Of a stretch of DNA of 64,000 bases, positions 36,991 through 50,575 are shown piece by piece. The notes under the pieces were generated by a model. That model was given only the letters and a program-made list of their open reading frames with translations. It did not search any database and was not told the DNA's origin. The DNA is from Callorhinchus milii. Lineage: Eukaryota. The first letter of the stretch is position 1. Every line of letters starts with the position of its first letter. The stretch lies in NCBI RefSeq assembly GCF_018977255.1, contig NW_024704742.1, positions 6,882,001-6,946,000 of the forward strand, in the 5' to 3' direction. The translations under genes were made by a program, and so were the position numbers.

Positions 36991-37380
36991 AGGGCATGAA
37001 AGGATTTATCAAGATCGTGCTTTCATTGCAGTTTTAGCTGGAGAAACTGCCGCAGTAGCCCAACGCACACTCTGGCTTCCCAAGGCCTTGGCTCTTGCCA
37101 ACCTGCGACACCGCTCTCTGGAGTTATGTAACTGCACCCTAGGAGAGCGTACCAAACCCAGGGAAGTTTCTGTTAGAAATGTTCCGTTAGACATTCCAAC
37201 AGAATACGCATGGAACTCTGCCTGGTTTAGATACTCGTGACGGTTTCCACATGTGTCATATGCCCAGCTAACCAAAAAATATACTGAACAACAGGCTCTC
37301 CCTACATCACACTCCCTCCAGACACACTATTAGATAAAGAGGACTGTGTTGCTGCGATTACAGATCATCACAATGTTTCT

Positions 37381-37702
37381 AAATAATAATAATAATCCTT
37401 GCATCTGATATAGCACTTTTCATGTCGGGAGGACGTCCCAAAGCGCTTCACAGAACACACTGTAAAGTGAATTGACTGTATATTTGTGGGCGAACGCGGC
37501 AGCCAATTGCGCACAGCAACGTCCCACAAACAGTCGTAGATTGAAAATGACCAATTTATTATTGTTTTTGGTTTTGGAGGGATTATTATTAGGCTCTGTG
37601 TGGAGTAAGGAAACTTGCCCAAGGTTTCGCCCTGTACCTGGAATTGAACTCAGGTCTCTCGCTTGCAAAGCGAGCGCTCTAACCACTGAGCTACAGGACT
37701 CC
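37381..37702 (-). mobile_element. Full-length SINE family A short form, type-2 tail
   Basis: GGAGTCCTGTAGCTCAGTGGTTAGAGCGCTCGC head, the same internal deletion as the 25032 copy, tail gggacgtcctcccgacatgaaaag, (ATT)n. Confidence 0.92.
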
Positions 37703-39599
37703 AAATCTAAAGACACCATGCTACAGATAGTACTATTAATAGATAATAATAATCTTCCTTGCATTTGATATAGCTCTGGAACATGTTGTAATATCTCGTA
37801 GAGCTTCATAAAGTTTTTTCTTCAAAAGTGTAGTGACTGTTTTTTTATAGTCGAATGCAGCATCCAATTTGCACACAATAATGTCCCACAAAGTCATGAA
37901 GTGAACGACCTTTACTTTTGGGGGGAAATTGTTGGCTTGGATATCAAGAGAAACTTCTTTTTGAATAATATCTTGGCATATTTTAATACCGGCCTGAATT
38001 TCTGCCTTTAATGTCTAAACCAAAGGATAATGCCTCTGCAATGCAACACTCCTCCTCACCAGTAAATGCACTGCGAGTTCAACATTTTGGCATGAGGCAC
38101 AATTCTCTGACCAACAGGCGAGAGTGTTACCAACTGACAACCGACTGTACCATTTCCAAACACAATCATTATATAGAAAGTGACAATAATCATAATAATT
38201 TGCACATTTGATGTAGTTGCACGTTTCAAATCAGGAGAACGTCTCAAAGCGTTCCACAGGATATATTGTAAACTGTATAATGATTGTCATATCCATAGGA
38301 GAACACGGTACTGAACATCAAGTCTCTCACTGCATAACAGTGTTCATCTTTCAGGGGCAACAAAAACATGAATTTGTACAGCATCCTTCATGTAGGATAA
38401 CGTCTTGGATGTTCTACAAAGTTGACTGTCAAGCAGGGACGAGGAGAGGGGAGAGGGAGAGGTGACCACAGGCTTGGACGAAGAGATAGTTTTTAAAGCG
38501 AGATTTAAATACAGACACAGAGGGATGTGAGACAAAGGAGTAGAGGAAGAGGTAGAGACAATGTTATAGAAAGTCTACCAATTTGCCCACAACCATATCA
38601 TGATATTTCTACAGCTTCTAGAGATATCACAGCGAGAATGCAGTGTAATACACCCCTTACTCAATGAGTTTAACGTCTCATCTGAAGGATGGCGCCTCAG
38701 ACAATCTTTTTTCCATTACGGGCTAATAATTCTGTTACTACAGTTCCTTTCTTTTTTGTCCACGGGGTTGACAGCAAAATCAATCATGGGGTGAGCAGCA
38801 GCAAAGCAATTTCAGAAGAAAAAAAATCCTGCAAAATAAAACCGAAAAAAATCCCCCCCCAGCAAAAAATTATATTTGAATAAGTGAAAATGTTACGTAG
38901 CTGTGTTTCATACACATGAGATTTTTGTTTCCCTTTTGCTCTGATGTGCACACCACAGCACTCTGGAAATGAGTGTTTCAGTCAGAGTTAGGGGCCACTT
39001 TAACTCAATCCACCTGCACGCAGCAAATCACGGTTATTTTTGAGCCATTCTTTCTAGCCTTCATGTCAGGGTGATGAGTGACTTCAATATTCGTGAGACT
39101 TTTTCTTTTCTTGCTGCAAGCAGAAGTTTAAGAGATAACGAGCGGAGATGAGGGTTTTTTTTTTCTCTTAAACTGCTGATTCCAATAAGCGCAGCTCGGG
39201 ATGGCAAACGGGAAGAGAAGCAGCTTGAAAATTCATTTTGACATAATTCCAGTAAGAAGTGATTTAAATGAAAGGGGAAAAAAAGAATGATAGACCCTGT
39301 GTAACTGACTCTGTTATCTTGACTTGGCACGCTTCGCTCTGATATGATTTGGTTCATATGCTGCTCCACTTTTAGCCTGACGTAAAGTTTAACTTATTTT
39401 CCCTCAGTTATTGTTCCCATTGAAATGCAAGATCTTGAGACAAAAATGTAATCAACTAAACAAAATGTTCGAGATCCTGGAAGCAGTTCAAATGATCCCA
39501 GCCCAAGCCTCAACTATTTTATTTCTCTTTCTTTTCACGTCTCCCTCGATTTGAGTAAATGCCACAAATAGGTATTAAGAGAGGTTATTTGATCATAAA

Positions 39600-40021
39600 A
39601 CAATCCTTGCATTTGATATAGCGCCTTATCGCGTAATCGAAACGGTTGAAAGCGCTTCACGGGATGTTGCCGTTCAGTGAAATGACTGTGTAATTGTAGA
39701 CGAACGCAGCAGCCAATTTGCCCACAGCAATATTCCACAAACAGTCATGAAGTGAGTGACCGATTGTATTTGGGGTATTCTTGGCCAGCATACCGGGAAC
39801 AACTCTTATCTCTTTTCGAGAAGCACCATAGGGTCTTTAATGTCCCACTGAACAGAAAAACAGGAAGTCAGTTTAACGTTTAACGAAGGATGGCACTCCC
39901 AACAATGCAACAGACTTCCAGCACCGCACTGGATTGTCAGCCTGAACGTTCAAAGCTCTGGCGTGGGCTTGAACCCACAACCTTCTGAATCAGAGGTAAG
40001 AGTCCTACCAGCTGAGCCAGG
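39600..40021 (-). mobile_element. Full-length DeuSINE/SacSINE1-like SINE (family B)
   Basis: Head tggctcagctggtaggactcttacctctgattcagaaggttgtgggttcaagccc, Deu-like core, same 3' tail as family A. Confidence 0.82.
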
Positions 40022-41744
40022 CTCTCTGAGCGTTTAAGTGTGAAGTACACTGATAGGCACACGGTAAATTGGAAGACGTTTTCCCTCATCATCCTTTCTG
40101 TCAGTCAGAGCTAGTGATCGGATAGGCAGTCCACCTTACTACAGAGCATAATATATGTCGAGTTGGCACTGTGAACGTAGCACCTTTTAGCAACTGCCCC
40201 TGGATGTAAAACTATAGCATTTGTTTTACTTAAAAAGCAAATCAGTCAAAGGGCCAGTTTTTTTGTTAAGTCTGCTCTGGTTGGGCTGTGAACAGAGTTG
40301 CTGCCAAATATGAATTCAAGAGTTCACCAATGCCTTGTGTGTACTGCTGGAAGTGATTCAGAGTGGTAAGCCTGATTTATAGCTCCCATGCAGCCCTTAG
40401 TTGCTCTAGCCCAGGGCTGATGAGAACGCTGCACATCCGTAAGTAAGTAAGTAGAGCCCAAGAATAATTAAGGGATAATTATGACCAGAGACCAATTAAC
40501 ACACTGCCTGCATTTACACGGCGGTGAGGGGAGTAAATGAATATTGGTACCACAACCACCTTCTCGAGATGATCCTAGCAGACGGGATCCACTATGATTT
40601 ATGTGGCTCATTCCCAAGTTACGCTGGTGGTTATTTGACCATGAAAGACAAGTAGAAGAAAAATGGACCGAGAGGCTAAACTGGAGAGAGAACAGAAGGG
40701 AATATGGTGAGGCCGTGTAAGGGACTCGCTTGGCTCTGTTGTTACTTGAGGAGCTAGATTCCAAAAACAAAAAGCCCCACAGGGCATGTGTCATGACATT
40801 ATCATCTGCAAAATGATGAACATTATCCTTCACATAATAGACAGCTGCAGTAAAAGATGGATCCCACAGTTTGACCCTTTGTGATGATTTTTTCTTCTTT
40901 TCTGCACAATAGCGGCTGCAACAGCATTGGAACACAACATTTAGCCAGTTGAGCTTGCTCTGCTATTAAGACTGTGACAATTCTCTTTACATTTCCTTCT
41001 CTGCATATCCCTTAATCGTACCAAATATCTGTCGGTCTCTATTTTGAATGCTTCAGTCGACTCTGTAAGTAAGGTTTGGACATCCTTCTGAGGTCTATTG
41101 AGGTGGTTTATTCCATATGTTATACTAATAAATTTCCGCCCCCTCTCCTGTGGTACTCAGATGGAACTCAGACCTTTTATTTAAAAAAAAACAAGGATCT
41201 TTTAAAAAACCTGATTATTCTGTTTCCTACAGAGCATGATCTGCTGTTTATTTATGGGTCTACCAAGTCCAGTGTTGGAGGTAGAAATTGTTAAACACCA
41301 GCGATCACCCCAGCCCTGTAAAACCTCTGACTTCCTCTGTCACCATGCAGAATCCCCATCATCTGACCGAACCCGAACATTTTGATTAAACCCCACAATC
41401 TTTGACCATGTAGCCTTGAGCACTGCCAACCCATCGCGACTTTGGCATTTGTTTGCCGATTTTAGTGTGCTATGACAGTCTGATTATAAATTTGGAGTCA
41501 AAACCATAAGCTAACTCTTTAAACAGTGCACAAAAGGCAGCCCGAGGTAACCGTTGGAGCAAAGTATGTTTAAGTCTTAGTGATAATCTATCTCACTAAG
41601 GCTAGACTGCTGGACAACAGAAACATCTGTTACAAACTGTTCAGTACATTGAACTAACATAAAACAGTTTGCGTGAGATGTGGCTGCATCGTTCCACAAT
41701 GACCTAAAATTAACGAGTGTGTTTTTGCCCCGGTTATCCTGGTT

Positions 41745-42005
41745 TACATGAGACGTTAAACCGAGATTAAACCGAGATCCTGTCTGCCCGTTCATGAAAA
41801 GCAAAAGGAGTTTCTCCTGGCGTCCTGGCCAATAATTCCCCCAAAAAGAGTTACTTCACAGCACTTTGTGGGATATTGTTGTGTGCGAATTGGCAGCCAC
41901 ATTCGCCTGCAAATATACAGTTACTACAGTGAATTCTATCAAGTGCTTTTGACATGTCCTCCAGATGTGAAAAATTTTATATCAGGTATAAGGAGTATTA
42001 TTATT
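41745..42005 (+). mobile_element. DeuSINE-like SINE (family B), 5'-truncated
   Basis: atgagacgttaaaccgag...cctgtctgcc...ggagtttctcctggcgtcctggccaat plus tail. Confidence 0.75.
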
Positions 42006-42043
42006 TTCTTTTCATCCAAATTCACCCCTAAAAATTACAAATA

Positions 42044-42343
42044 CAGAGGAGCCCCCCCACCCCTCCCCCCTTACATCACAGTCCCTGAGAACCATTGTTA
42101 TAATGGGTTGAAATTGATGATCAGCGCGTTCACTGTCCAAGTGGGCAGGAAGACAAAATGGCGGCGGGCAGAGGGGAAGACAAGACGGCCAACTTCCAGG
42201 TCATTCGGTTGACCGTTGACATCTGCTAGTAGGTTAGGTCGTGCGTTCTCTTCCAGTGCGTACCCAGAGCAGAAGCCAGCCGGGACCATAGGGACATCCG
42301 CGTTAAGTGTTATAACAGAGCGTGTTATAAGAGGGCTCCTCTG
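42044..42343. mobile_element. Putative Tc1/mariner (Tigger/pogo-like) MITE, 300 bp
   Basis: Perfect 11-bp terminal inverted repeat CAGAGGAGCCC/GGGCTCCTCTG. TA on the left flank (right flank reads AA). Subterminal GTTATAA motifs and a GC-rich interior. Confidence 0.6.
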
Positions 42344-45149
42344 AAACTGGTTTACGTGTCTGATCGTGTTTGTAGGACGATGCTGGGTGCTGATTAACAG
42401 CTGGGTTTGCCTCCGTAGCAACGTTCACTTAATTTCTAAGAAATCGCATTCTGCAAAGCTCTTCAAGACCTTTCTTTTACGTGGAAAGCTTGATATAAAC
42501 GTAAATTGTCGCCGTAATAAAAATAGGGAAAGGTTGAGGACAGGTTGGAGAACCAGGCTGTACAAGAGGAAACATCTGGGAATGTATGAAACGCTATATG
42601 GTCTGCAACAACGTAAAGAAATCAAGGTTTCAAGAGAAAAGGAGCAGATTCAGAGCCAAAATAAAATCCCCCAAAACTGCTCAAATTAAGCATAAGAATC
42701 ACAGACACAACCTGGGCATAAACCACTGGAAATTTTCATTTATAGATCCATAAGTCAAAAGAATTTTGAGGCAAACCATGAACAGTAAAGCACAAAGCAT
42801 AAGTAATATCTTTATGACTTGATGTGTTCAGCTATTACAACGACTCAGAGAACAATGACTTTTTGATGAGGCAATAAAGCAAACTAAACTTGCCTGCATT
42901 TGTCAAGGGTTTGCCGTCAGTGGATTTATAATCTTAAAAGAAAGATGACATCAAACAGCAACAAGGCGTTTTTTCAAGTTATCACAAATCAAGACTGTTG
43001 TTCCTTCAAATAAATGCCATTTAAGATCCAGTTACTGAGTCGAATTTGTGATAGCGTACTGGTTTGTTGCTTTAACGACAGCACCCATCGATTTATCACT
43101 TCCAGTTTATAAAATGCACAGCTAAATGCCGCACTGCAGCTCTGGAAAACTCCCTTTATTTTCTCGCATGCCTAAAATCCAGTTTGTGAGTACTGCAAAT
43201 TACACCCCAGCATGTCAGTGAAGTAGGTTAGGAGGTTTATTTATTTTCTCACCTAAAATTCTGAAAATGTTTCACTGGATTTTGTTTTAAAAAGTGAGGG
43301 AAAAGCATTTTACGCATGTTCTCTGCATGAATTCTCTACAGCTGATCACAGATCAGCTGTAGATCTGTTTTGAAATAACAAGTGAGCCATTATTAGGGTT
43401 AAGAAGGCTTAATAAAGGCTTAGAGATGCTGTTCAAAGGAGTCTTTGACTACATTAAAAATAATAATAATCCTTACATTTGGTATAGTGCCTTTCACATC
43501 GGGGGGACATCCAATAACACTTCACAGAATATGCAGTGATTGTTTTATGAACACATTCTAATACCCAGATAGTTAAAATTGTGGTACCCTTACTTGTGTT
43601 CATAATTCTGTACATGTGCCGATTTCTGGTTTAAAAATGTGTGGAAGCTGAAAGTAAGAGATCACTCCGAGGAGCAGTCCTGATGGGCCTTTTATTGCTC
43701 TTTGCTATCCATGAAACAGTCTATGAAACTACATGGGGAGAAATCCTACCTGGATCTATATTTACTCTATTTAGGTAGCACTACAGAGCATCCAAGATTT
43801 GGCAAAGAGATCCAGCCTGAAGCTAGTGTTCTCTTGGGTTCTTCAGAAATTAACACAAAACCAACTGTTTCACCAGCAAAATATACAGTCAATTTACTTT
43901 ACAGTATATTCTCTGAAGCGCTTTGTGATGTCTCAAAGACATGATAAGGCGCTGTATCAAATGTAAAGATTATTATTATAACTTCAAACTTATGACTGAA
44001 TTCAACAATTAGCCAAATTCATCACACTCTGAACTATTACAAAAATAGAGTAAATTCAGAACCAGGAAGAATTTCTCCCTATATATTCCTATGGTCACTT
44101 AGGTGAACCACAACAAAATTAAACACTGGAGGCCTCTTAAGTGCAACCGAATTATGTTTTGATTTGACGAGTGAACTTTAAATAATGTTGCCCAATACGC
44201 ACAGTGATTCTGCACATTGTTCAAGCCAGAGGATCAGAATGTATATATCACATTTCAATTGTTTAGAGACCTAAAACAAAGACACTCAGTGTTTCGGCGC
44301 TCAGTCTCCCATATTTTTCATAAGTTATTCAACTGTTTAAATACTCTGTCAAATCCCTACACGAAAGATTTATAGTGATGTTATTCCAAGCACTCTGGGG
44401 CTCTGTAGGTCAAGCGAATAGTTCCACACTGTTTCAGCTGTCTATTTCACAGGGCAAATATAAGCAAACACAAAAAAAACCCGAATGATCCAGACATAAA
44501 CTATCTATTTCTCATGCTTGTTACACATATGAAATCATGGCAGACTCTATGTCAAATAAAAATAGCCAGCACCATTAATGTTTGACCATTCTCCAAAAAG
44601 TCAGCAACATGTGTGGTTAGGTCTACAAGCCCACTTCATCATCTCACCAGTAATTAACCCATTGGACAAGGCTAGGTGAAGCAATCTTTACACACATTGT
44701 ATAACATAGCAATCTAATAGGATGCCCCACAAGAGATTTAGTTTAATTGTTTTCCAGAGGAAAGAGAGGGGTCAATTTGCAATATTTCTTCCATTTTTTT
44801 AAAATTCTAACAACAAGAATCCTTGCATTTGCTGTAACTCCTTACTTTTCTCCAACACTCTGTGGATGACTGAGAGGTGGGACAGGTAGAGGGAAAATAG
44901 TCAAATAAAAAGGGCAACAGCTTTTTGGGAGGGATTAGTCAAAGAAGCAGAGACTTCTCCAAAATGAGTTTAGCAAATATTTCCTGGCACGACGCAATGA
45001 TGGAGGCCAATGGTGCTTATTCCATGACTCATGCAGAGCAAAGCTGATGCACAGTTGTTCTCTCTCATCCCAGGGACAGCTCTCTGTTAAAATGAAGTTC
45101 AAAAGCCAGTATTCCCTCGATTACCGAAACCTAGAAATTAAGAAAAAAA

Positions 45150-46480
45150 ACCGCAAATGCTATAAACCTGAAATATAGGCAGCAACGCTGGAAATCCACA
45201 GCGGATTGAGCAGAATACAAACAAGGAAGTTACATTTGCTTGATGTTTCAGAAATGCCTCTATACCAGAACTGGAATAGCCCTGAATATAGAACAAATGA
45301 TGCAGGAAACAAATACAAAGCAAAGCAACACACGGGAAGTAAAACCATATTGACCACATCAGGAAAAACACGGACACGTACAGTGTAGGTTGAGGAATAC
45401 TGTTTGTGGAAGGGAGGGAACCAGGAGAAAATTGCCGGAGACAGTGATAGATCGCATGAAATATCACTAAAGCTTAGTGAAATGAAACGGGTGGGATGGC
45501 CAAAACCATCATAACCGAGCAGAAGAGAAATCAGTTTTAATCATGCTCAAGTCAATATAAGGGCCAGAAGGCTGAAAAGTCCCCAAGAATCAGAAAATAT
45601 ATTCCTTCTGAAGCTTGAGTTGGGTTGAGATGGAGCCCAGCAGGTGCCAAAGATAAAGATGTCGGAGTGAGGTTAGGAGGGGAGTTGAAGTACGGAGCCA
45701 TGGGAGGACAGGATGATCCTTGAAACTCCTTTGCTGTTGTACTGAAGCCCAACCCCCTCCATCATCATGTGGAAAGAAGCCTACTTTATCACAGAAAAAG
45801 ATGGCAGCACGCCACTGACCTCCCAGTTTGAGGGATTGGCCCAGAAAAAGACATATCTGTGTTACTTTGGACAAGCAACCTTTCGGCCATGTAAAAATAT
45901 GGACTGAGGGCGAGAAAAATGGGCAAATCTCCTTTCCCATTCTAATAACTGCTAGTCCTACAATGCACTACTTTGCTAATGACCTACAATACACAAGGAA
46001 CTCATTAAGTGCTCACTCTGCTGCTCACATCCCAGGGCACAATCAGTTATTACTATGTTTTGCTCTATTTCATTGATTTTGCTCATTTGTTTGTTTAATC
46101 TGCAGATACTGAATGCTAGGGGAGGAGCGGGGAAATCATCTCTGTTTGGAGGAGAGGGACATATCAATGTTTGCAGGAGAGGGACATATAAAATGTTTGG
46201 AGAAGGGACATGATCCATGTTTCGAGGAGACAATTTGAGCCATGTTTATAAAATAGGAAAGGAAATCCATGTGATGAACTTGGGAGTTTTTTTAAACTAA
46301 AAGAGAAGATGGCAAGGAACAGGTCTCCTGAGTGCACCAACTCCACACCCCAGAGTTCTGTACAAAGTGAACACATGCATCACGAACCTTTGTGTCACTG
46401 ACCTCTGTTAGTGATATTTTTGATGAAGGAATGGTTAGCCCTTTGTGAGCATTGACAGTTTCAGTCATGTAAATTATCCA
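45150..46480 (-). mobile_element. Highly decayed LINE (probably L2) ORF2 remnants
   Basis: An LILGDF endonuclease-like motif near 45580-45600, and weak echoes of the RT motifs STETAL, WFxSYL and GVPQGS at about 46160-46470. Confidence 0.4.
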
Positions 46481-46949
46481 ACACTCATGGCTCAAGATCA
46501 TCAGCACTAAATAGGCACCTTTTATGTAAGATAAATATCTCAAAGGACTTCACAAAGCAATGGAGGTCACCAATGAAGAAGGAAAGAAGGGAGAAAAAGT
46601 TAGCAGTGCTGACCAAAGGCATGGTCAAAGAGATACATCCTTAAGAGGGTTTTGAAGGCAGAGCGAAAGTGCAAGGAGAAGGAATTATCTCATCGAGGCG
46701 GTCTCACAACCAGCACCACAAACGGCTGACATTCATGAAATCGGCAGCTCACACCACAAGTTATGACCACAGCAAGCTGGTACCAATTCTCTTTCCTAGG
46801 AGGGAAATAAATGGTTCCCGGTGTAAAGAAGAAGAACCATCATCCATTTCCAGCATTGACATTCTTCATCTTGATCCAAAACATTTGAGTGCATTAATGC
46901 CAGGAAGCAAACTGATTTCCTTTAAGCTGCTTTTTCTTTTAATGTTCAA

Positions 46950-47650
46950 TTCCTTCTAAAATTGTAGATGGACAATTCTTTATCTCAGGAGACAAACTCT
47001 CTCCTGACAGAGTTTTCCGATGCTGGAACCATAGCTTTGAATTGCTTTGATGTGCTGCTTGCATGATTCTCGTGCCAGCACAAGACAGCGATTTTTCCAA
47101 AAATGCCAAATCTCTGTTTGAACTCAGGCCAAACAAATAGGCTTCTTCCAATTTGTACTCTCGAGTTTCCGTATAAAAGTATTTCTCTTCAAGTTTGTTG
47201 AGCTGCATATCTGTTACTGCTCAGCATGCATGGAGTGTGACATGAAGCATCACAAGCAAGAATGATCTGTCTGGATGAGGTTTATGAAGTGCCCAATTAT
47301 TGAGTAAACCACAGGTTTCTTTAACTGTGAATGTAAAGCAAACAGGAATTTTGTTCACCCACCCACTGTTCAACCAATGGTAAAAGGTTCTCCAAGCCTG
47401 ATAGAGACTTATAGTAGAGGTCAAAACACACTGGTGAACTGTCCACAAGTCAATGAGAATGAGCCATGCTGCAAAAACAAGCCTCCTCATAGATGTCAAT
47501 GAGGTGTTCATCACCCAATTCAATAACATCTTTATTTCCGATTTGTTTGTGCCATTGTTAGTTTGGAGGAATTTCTGAGAGCTGCTCGGCACTGCCAAAG
47601 TCACCTCCCTTCGACGGGAAAGGCTTCAATACAACATGGCCAATCGTGAC
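46950..47650 (-). mobile_element. Decayed Ty3/Gypsy LTR-retrotransposon pol (RT connection/RNase H) fragment
   Basis: Interrupted frames give ...QWVGEQ... then SSRQIILACDAS (Gypsy RNase H start, LxxDAS) and QLNKLEEKY...KLEEAYLFGL (resembling TLxxAExNY..EKEA...FG), in the expected order. Confidence 0.55.
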
Positions 47651-48303
47651 ATTGGTTTCCTGGTGTACTCCTGCACTCCACAATCCATTGTTCTTTTGTT
47701 AGAAAAAACCTCTGGGGATCCATTATAATGGACGCTCGTTGGCTCTGGCAGTGTTTGCGAATGGTATGACATCAGACAGCACTTCTGACCAACAGTATGA
47801 TTTAAACAGTAGAAAATGCGCAGCTGGAAAAAGGCCAGCCTGACTATGCTGCCCGACTACTGATGTCCTTTTTTCTGAAGCTCCCTGTAATGACCAGATA
47901 AAGCTCTATTCTAAAATGCTTATGTTCTGGGATTCACATCGTGCTATAGCATATGATTTATGAATATGGTATTCACACGGCCTTGAGTGTGTTCATCATA
48001 GTTTACATAGACTGGGCTCTAACTACCGCATCAATCACTCATATTGTCCTATTACATATGTGAAATTAAAAGAATACTAGCTTGAGAGAAAAGCATCTGA
48101 TTCATAAGATACCCTCTCAACCGAACCCCACCACACACACACACACATACACACACTGTCTCAAAAGCTGTCACATTCATGCAATTTGAACACTGAAGCA
48201 TGATAATTTATTAAAAAAAGGGCAAAGCATTAGCATAGGAGAGAAGGAAAAAAACATATCTCCCTACAAAGATAGACGATGCAGCTGAGCAAAAAACAGT
48301 TCC

Positions 48304-48680
48304 AATAATGATAATAATAATAATAATAATCCTTGCATTTGATATAGCTCTTTTCACGTCGGGAGGACATCCCAAAGCGCTTCACAGAAGTAAAGTGAAT
48401 TGACTGTATAAAGTGAATTCACACTGTAAAGTGAATTGACTGTATATTTGTGGGCGAATAAATAAACTAGTATGGTGGCCTAATTTGCGGTGTTTACTGA
48501 CAAGATTTCTCGATAAGGAATCCTATTAAAAAAATTCCACTGGAACAAAGGAGCAGCACTCTGGTAGCCAGTTTTGCCCAGAAAATATACAGTCAATTCA
48601 CTTTACAGTATATTCTGTGCAGCACTTTGAGACATCTTGAAGACGTGATAAGGCACCATATCAAATGCAAGGATAATTAT
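48304..48680. mobile_element. Two oppositely oriented SINE tail fragments (48304-48458 minus, 48570-48680 plus)
   Basis: A type-2 tail on the minus strand with an internal triplication of aaagtgaatt, and a type-1 tail on the plus strand. Confidence 0.85.
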
Positions 48681-50296
48681 GTTGGGAGTGGAATTCCTGC
48701 GGGTCAGAGTTGCATAATTCCATTTGTTGTGAGGAATCCCTACTTGCTGACATGGATCGTTTTAAGGAACCCGTAAAGAAATATCGCAAATTGCTCAATA
48801 TAAGGCGATTTATAGCCTCTGTGAAACTAATATTGTGAGCGACATGTGCCAGATACTTTGTTTTTTTCTAAAATTAATCGTCTGTGACACAGGAAAGCTT
48901 CTAAAGCATGTTGGGAATAAAAGAGTTCCGCTCCAGTGAGGAACGATGCTGTGCTCAGAAAGAGAGAATATGAATCACAATTCATCAGTTCGACGTTACT
49001 TTATGGCCTACGTAACTCAAGCATCTCGTTTTGTGTCAGAAAACGCTCTTACGAAATGTTGCTTCTCATGTTACTTGTGTGTTTGTTGCACAGGTCCATT
49101 TGTTGTGTCCTAAAGAAAAATAAAAAGCTAACTTACCTCCCACACTAATCTATCCCTCATACCCCTCAATCGATTTATTTGCCATGAAGGTATTCAATTC
49201 CCCCAACAAATGTTAAAGCACAAGTACCACATGTTGCATTAATGGTACAGAGTTCCTGCTCACTCAGCAGAGTATGGGTTAAGTTGCTGAGGTGTTCAGG
49301 GTCTTGGGTATTGTGCTCAGCAATCGTGAGCTATTACTCAAAGTCATGACTGCTGAGTTACAATAGAAGACATTGGGCGCAGTAAATAAATTACAATTTA
49401 ATAACCAGCAGAAACAACGAGAGTAAAATAAATGACTTCCAGGTCAATGAGTCCGAACGGAAATATTCATCACTTTCAATTGTGGGCGACAAAAATGCAG
49501 TGTACCTATTCCAATATGCCGGTTTCTTCTAAACAAAAAACAATATTTATGAATGAGTGAACGTTGGGAAAATGCACGAGTGTCAAACAGACTGAGCTGC
49601 TTTGTTTCACTGCAGTGAGAAAGCCTCTCTTGTTCAGGCAGTTTGTTCATGGCGCAGTTTTGAAGTTAGGATCCAGACTGGATTTGAACACAAGCAACCT
49701 GCTGATTGTCCCCAAATCGGCTCATGAGCTGAATCTCTTTTCTCTGTGCGTCACTTTTTTTTTGTTCCTGGAACACAGAGCTGAAACAGAACATCGACAA
49801 AGCGTACAAAACTGAACGTGAGGGGAGATGGGGTAGCGAGGGGAATGCAAAATTCTACAGTTGTTGGTATATTTATAGTGAGAACACAAATTCTCCAATA
49901 AAGGGCAAGCACTTGTACCGGGAATGCAGTGTTGTGGTGTAAAAGAGAAAGCAGGAGGTTTCACAAATAAGGTCGCAGGGTAAGAACCATTTCTGGGAAT
50001 TATTGTACTATTGTCCTATATTGAGCTGCCCGCTTTTGTGCGCAGGTTCTAAAAGTAGATGTTTTATTTTTCCCAGGCACCCTCCGTCTTCTTGTGACAC
50101 GATTCTGGGTTATCTACAGACAGAGGCACAGTGAGAATATACAACATGTAATTGCTAATTTTACTCTGTGCTTTGGCAGTCTGAAGGCAAAGTATTTCCA
50201 AAAGTCATTCATCATTTGAAAGAAACTGTCTATAGAATAGCAACGCTGAACAAAGTTGCACAGACAAGTCAGGAAACTACTAGACGATGGTGGATA

Positions 50297-50575
50297 ATCC
50301 TTCTTATGAGAAGTTAAACCGAGGTCCTGTCTGCCTGTTCAGGTGGACGTTAAAGGTCCCATGGCACTATTCGAAAAGTGCAGGGAGTTTCTACTGGTAT
50401 CCTGGCCAACAATCCCCCAAATAAAATTGCTCACTCACTCAATGGCTGTTTGATGGACACTGCTGTGCGCAAATGGCTGCCACAATTCGTACACAACACA
50501 CAGTCAATCAATCCACTTTATAGTATATCTTGTGAAATGCCTTCAGATGACTCAACAACTGAAAGGCGCTATATA
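50297..50575 (+). mobile_element. DeuSINE-like SINE (family B), well-preserved Deu core
   Basis: gttaaaccgaggtcctgtctgcctgttcaggtggacgttaaaggtcccatggcactattcgaa...gggagtttctactggtatcctggccaac. Confidence 0.82.

Noticed and set aside
37368-37809. Recurrent ORFs with similar peptides (e.g. AVRNWLPRF, CEALWDVLPT, WSPVAQ)
   Set aside because: They are translations of SINE copies, not a paralogous protein family.
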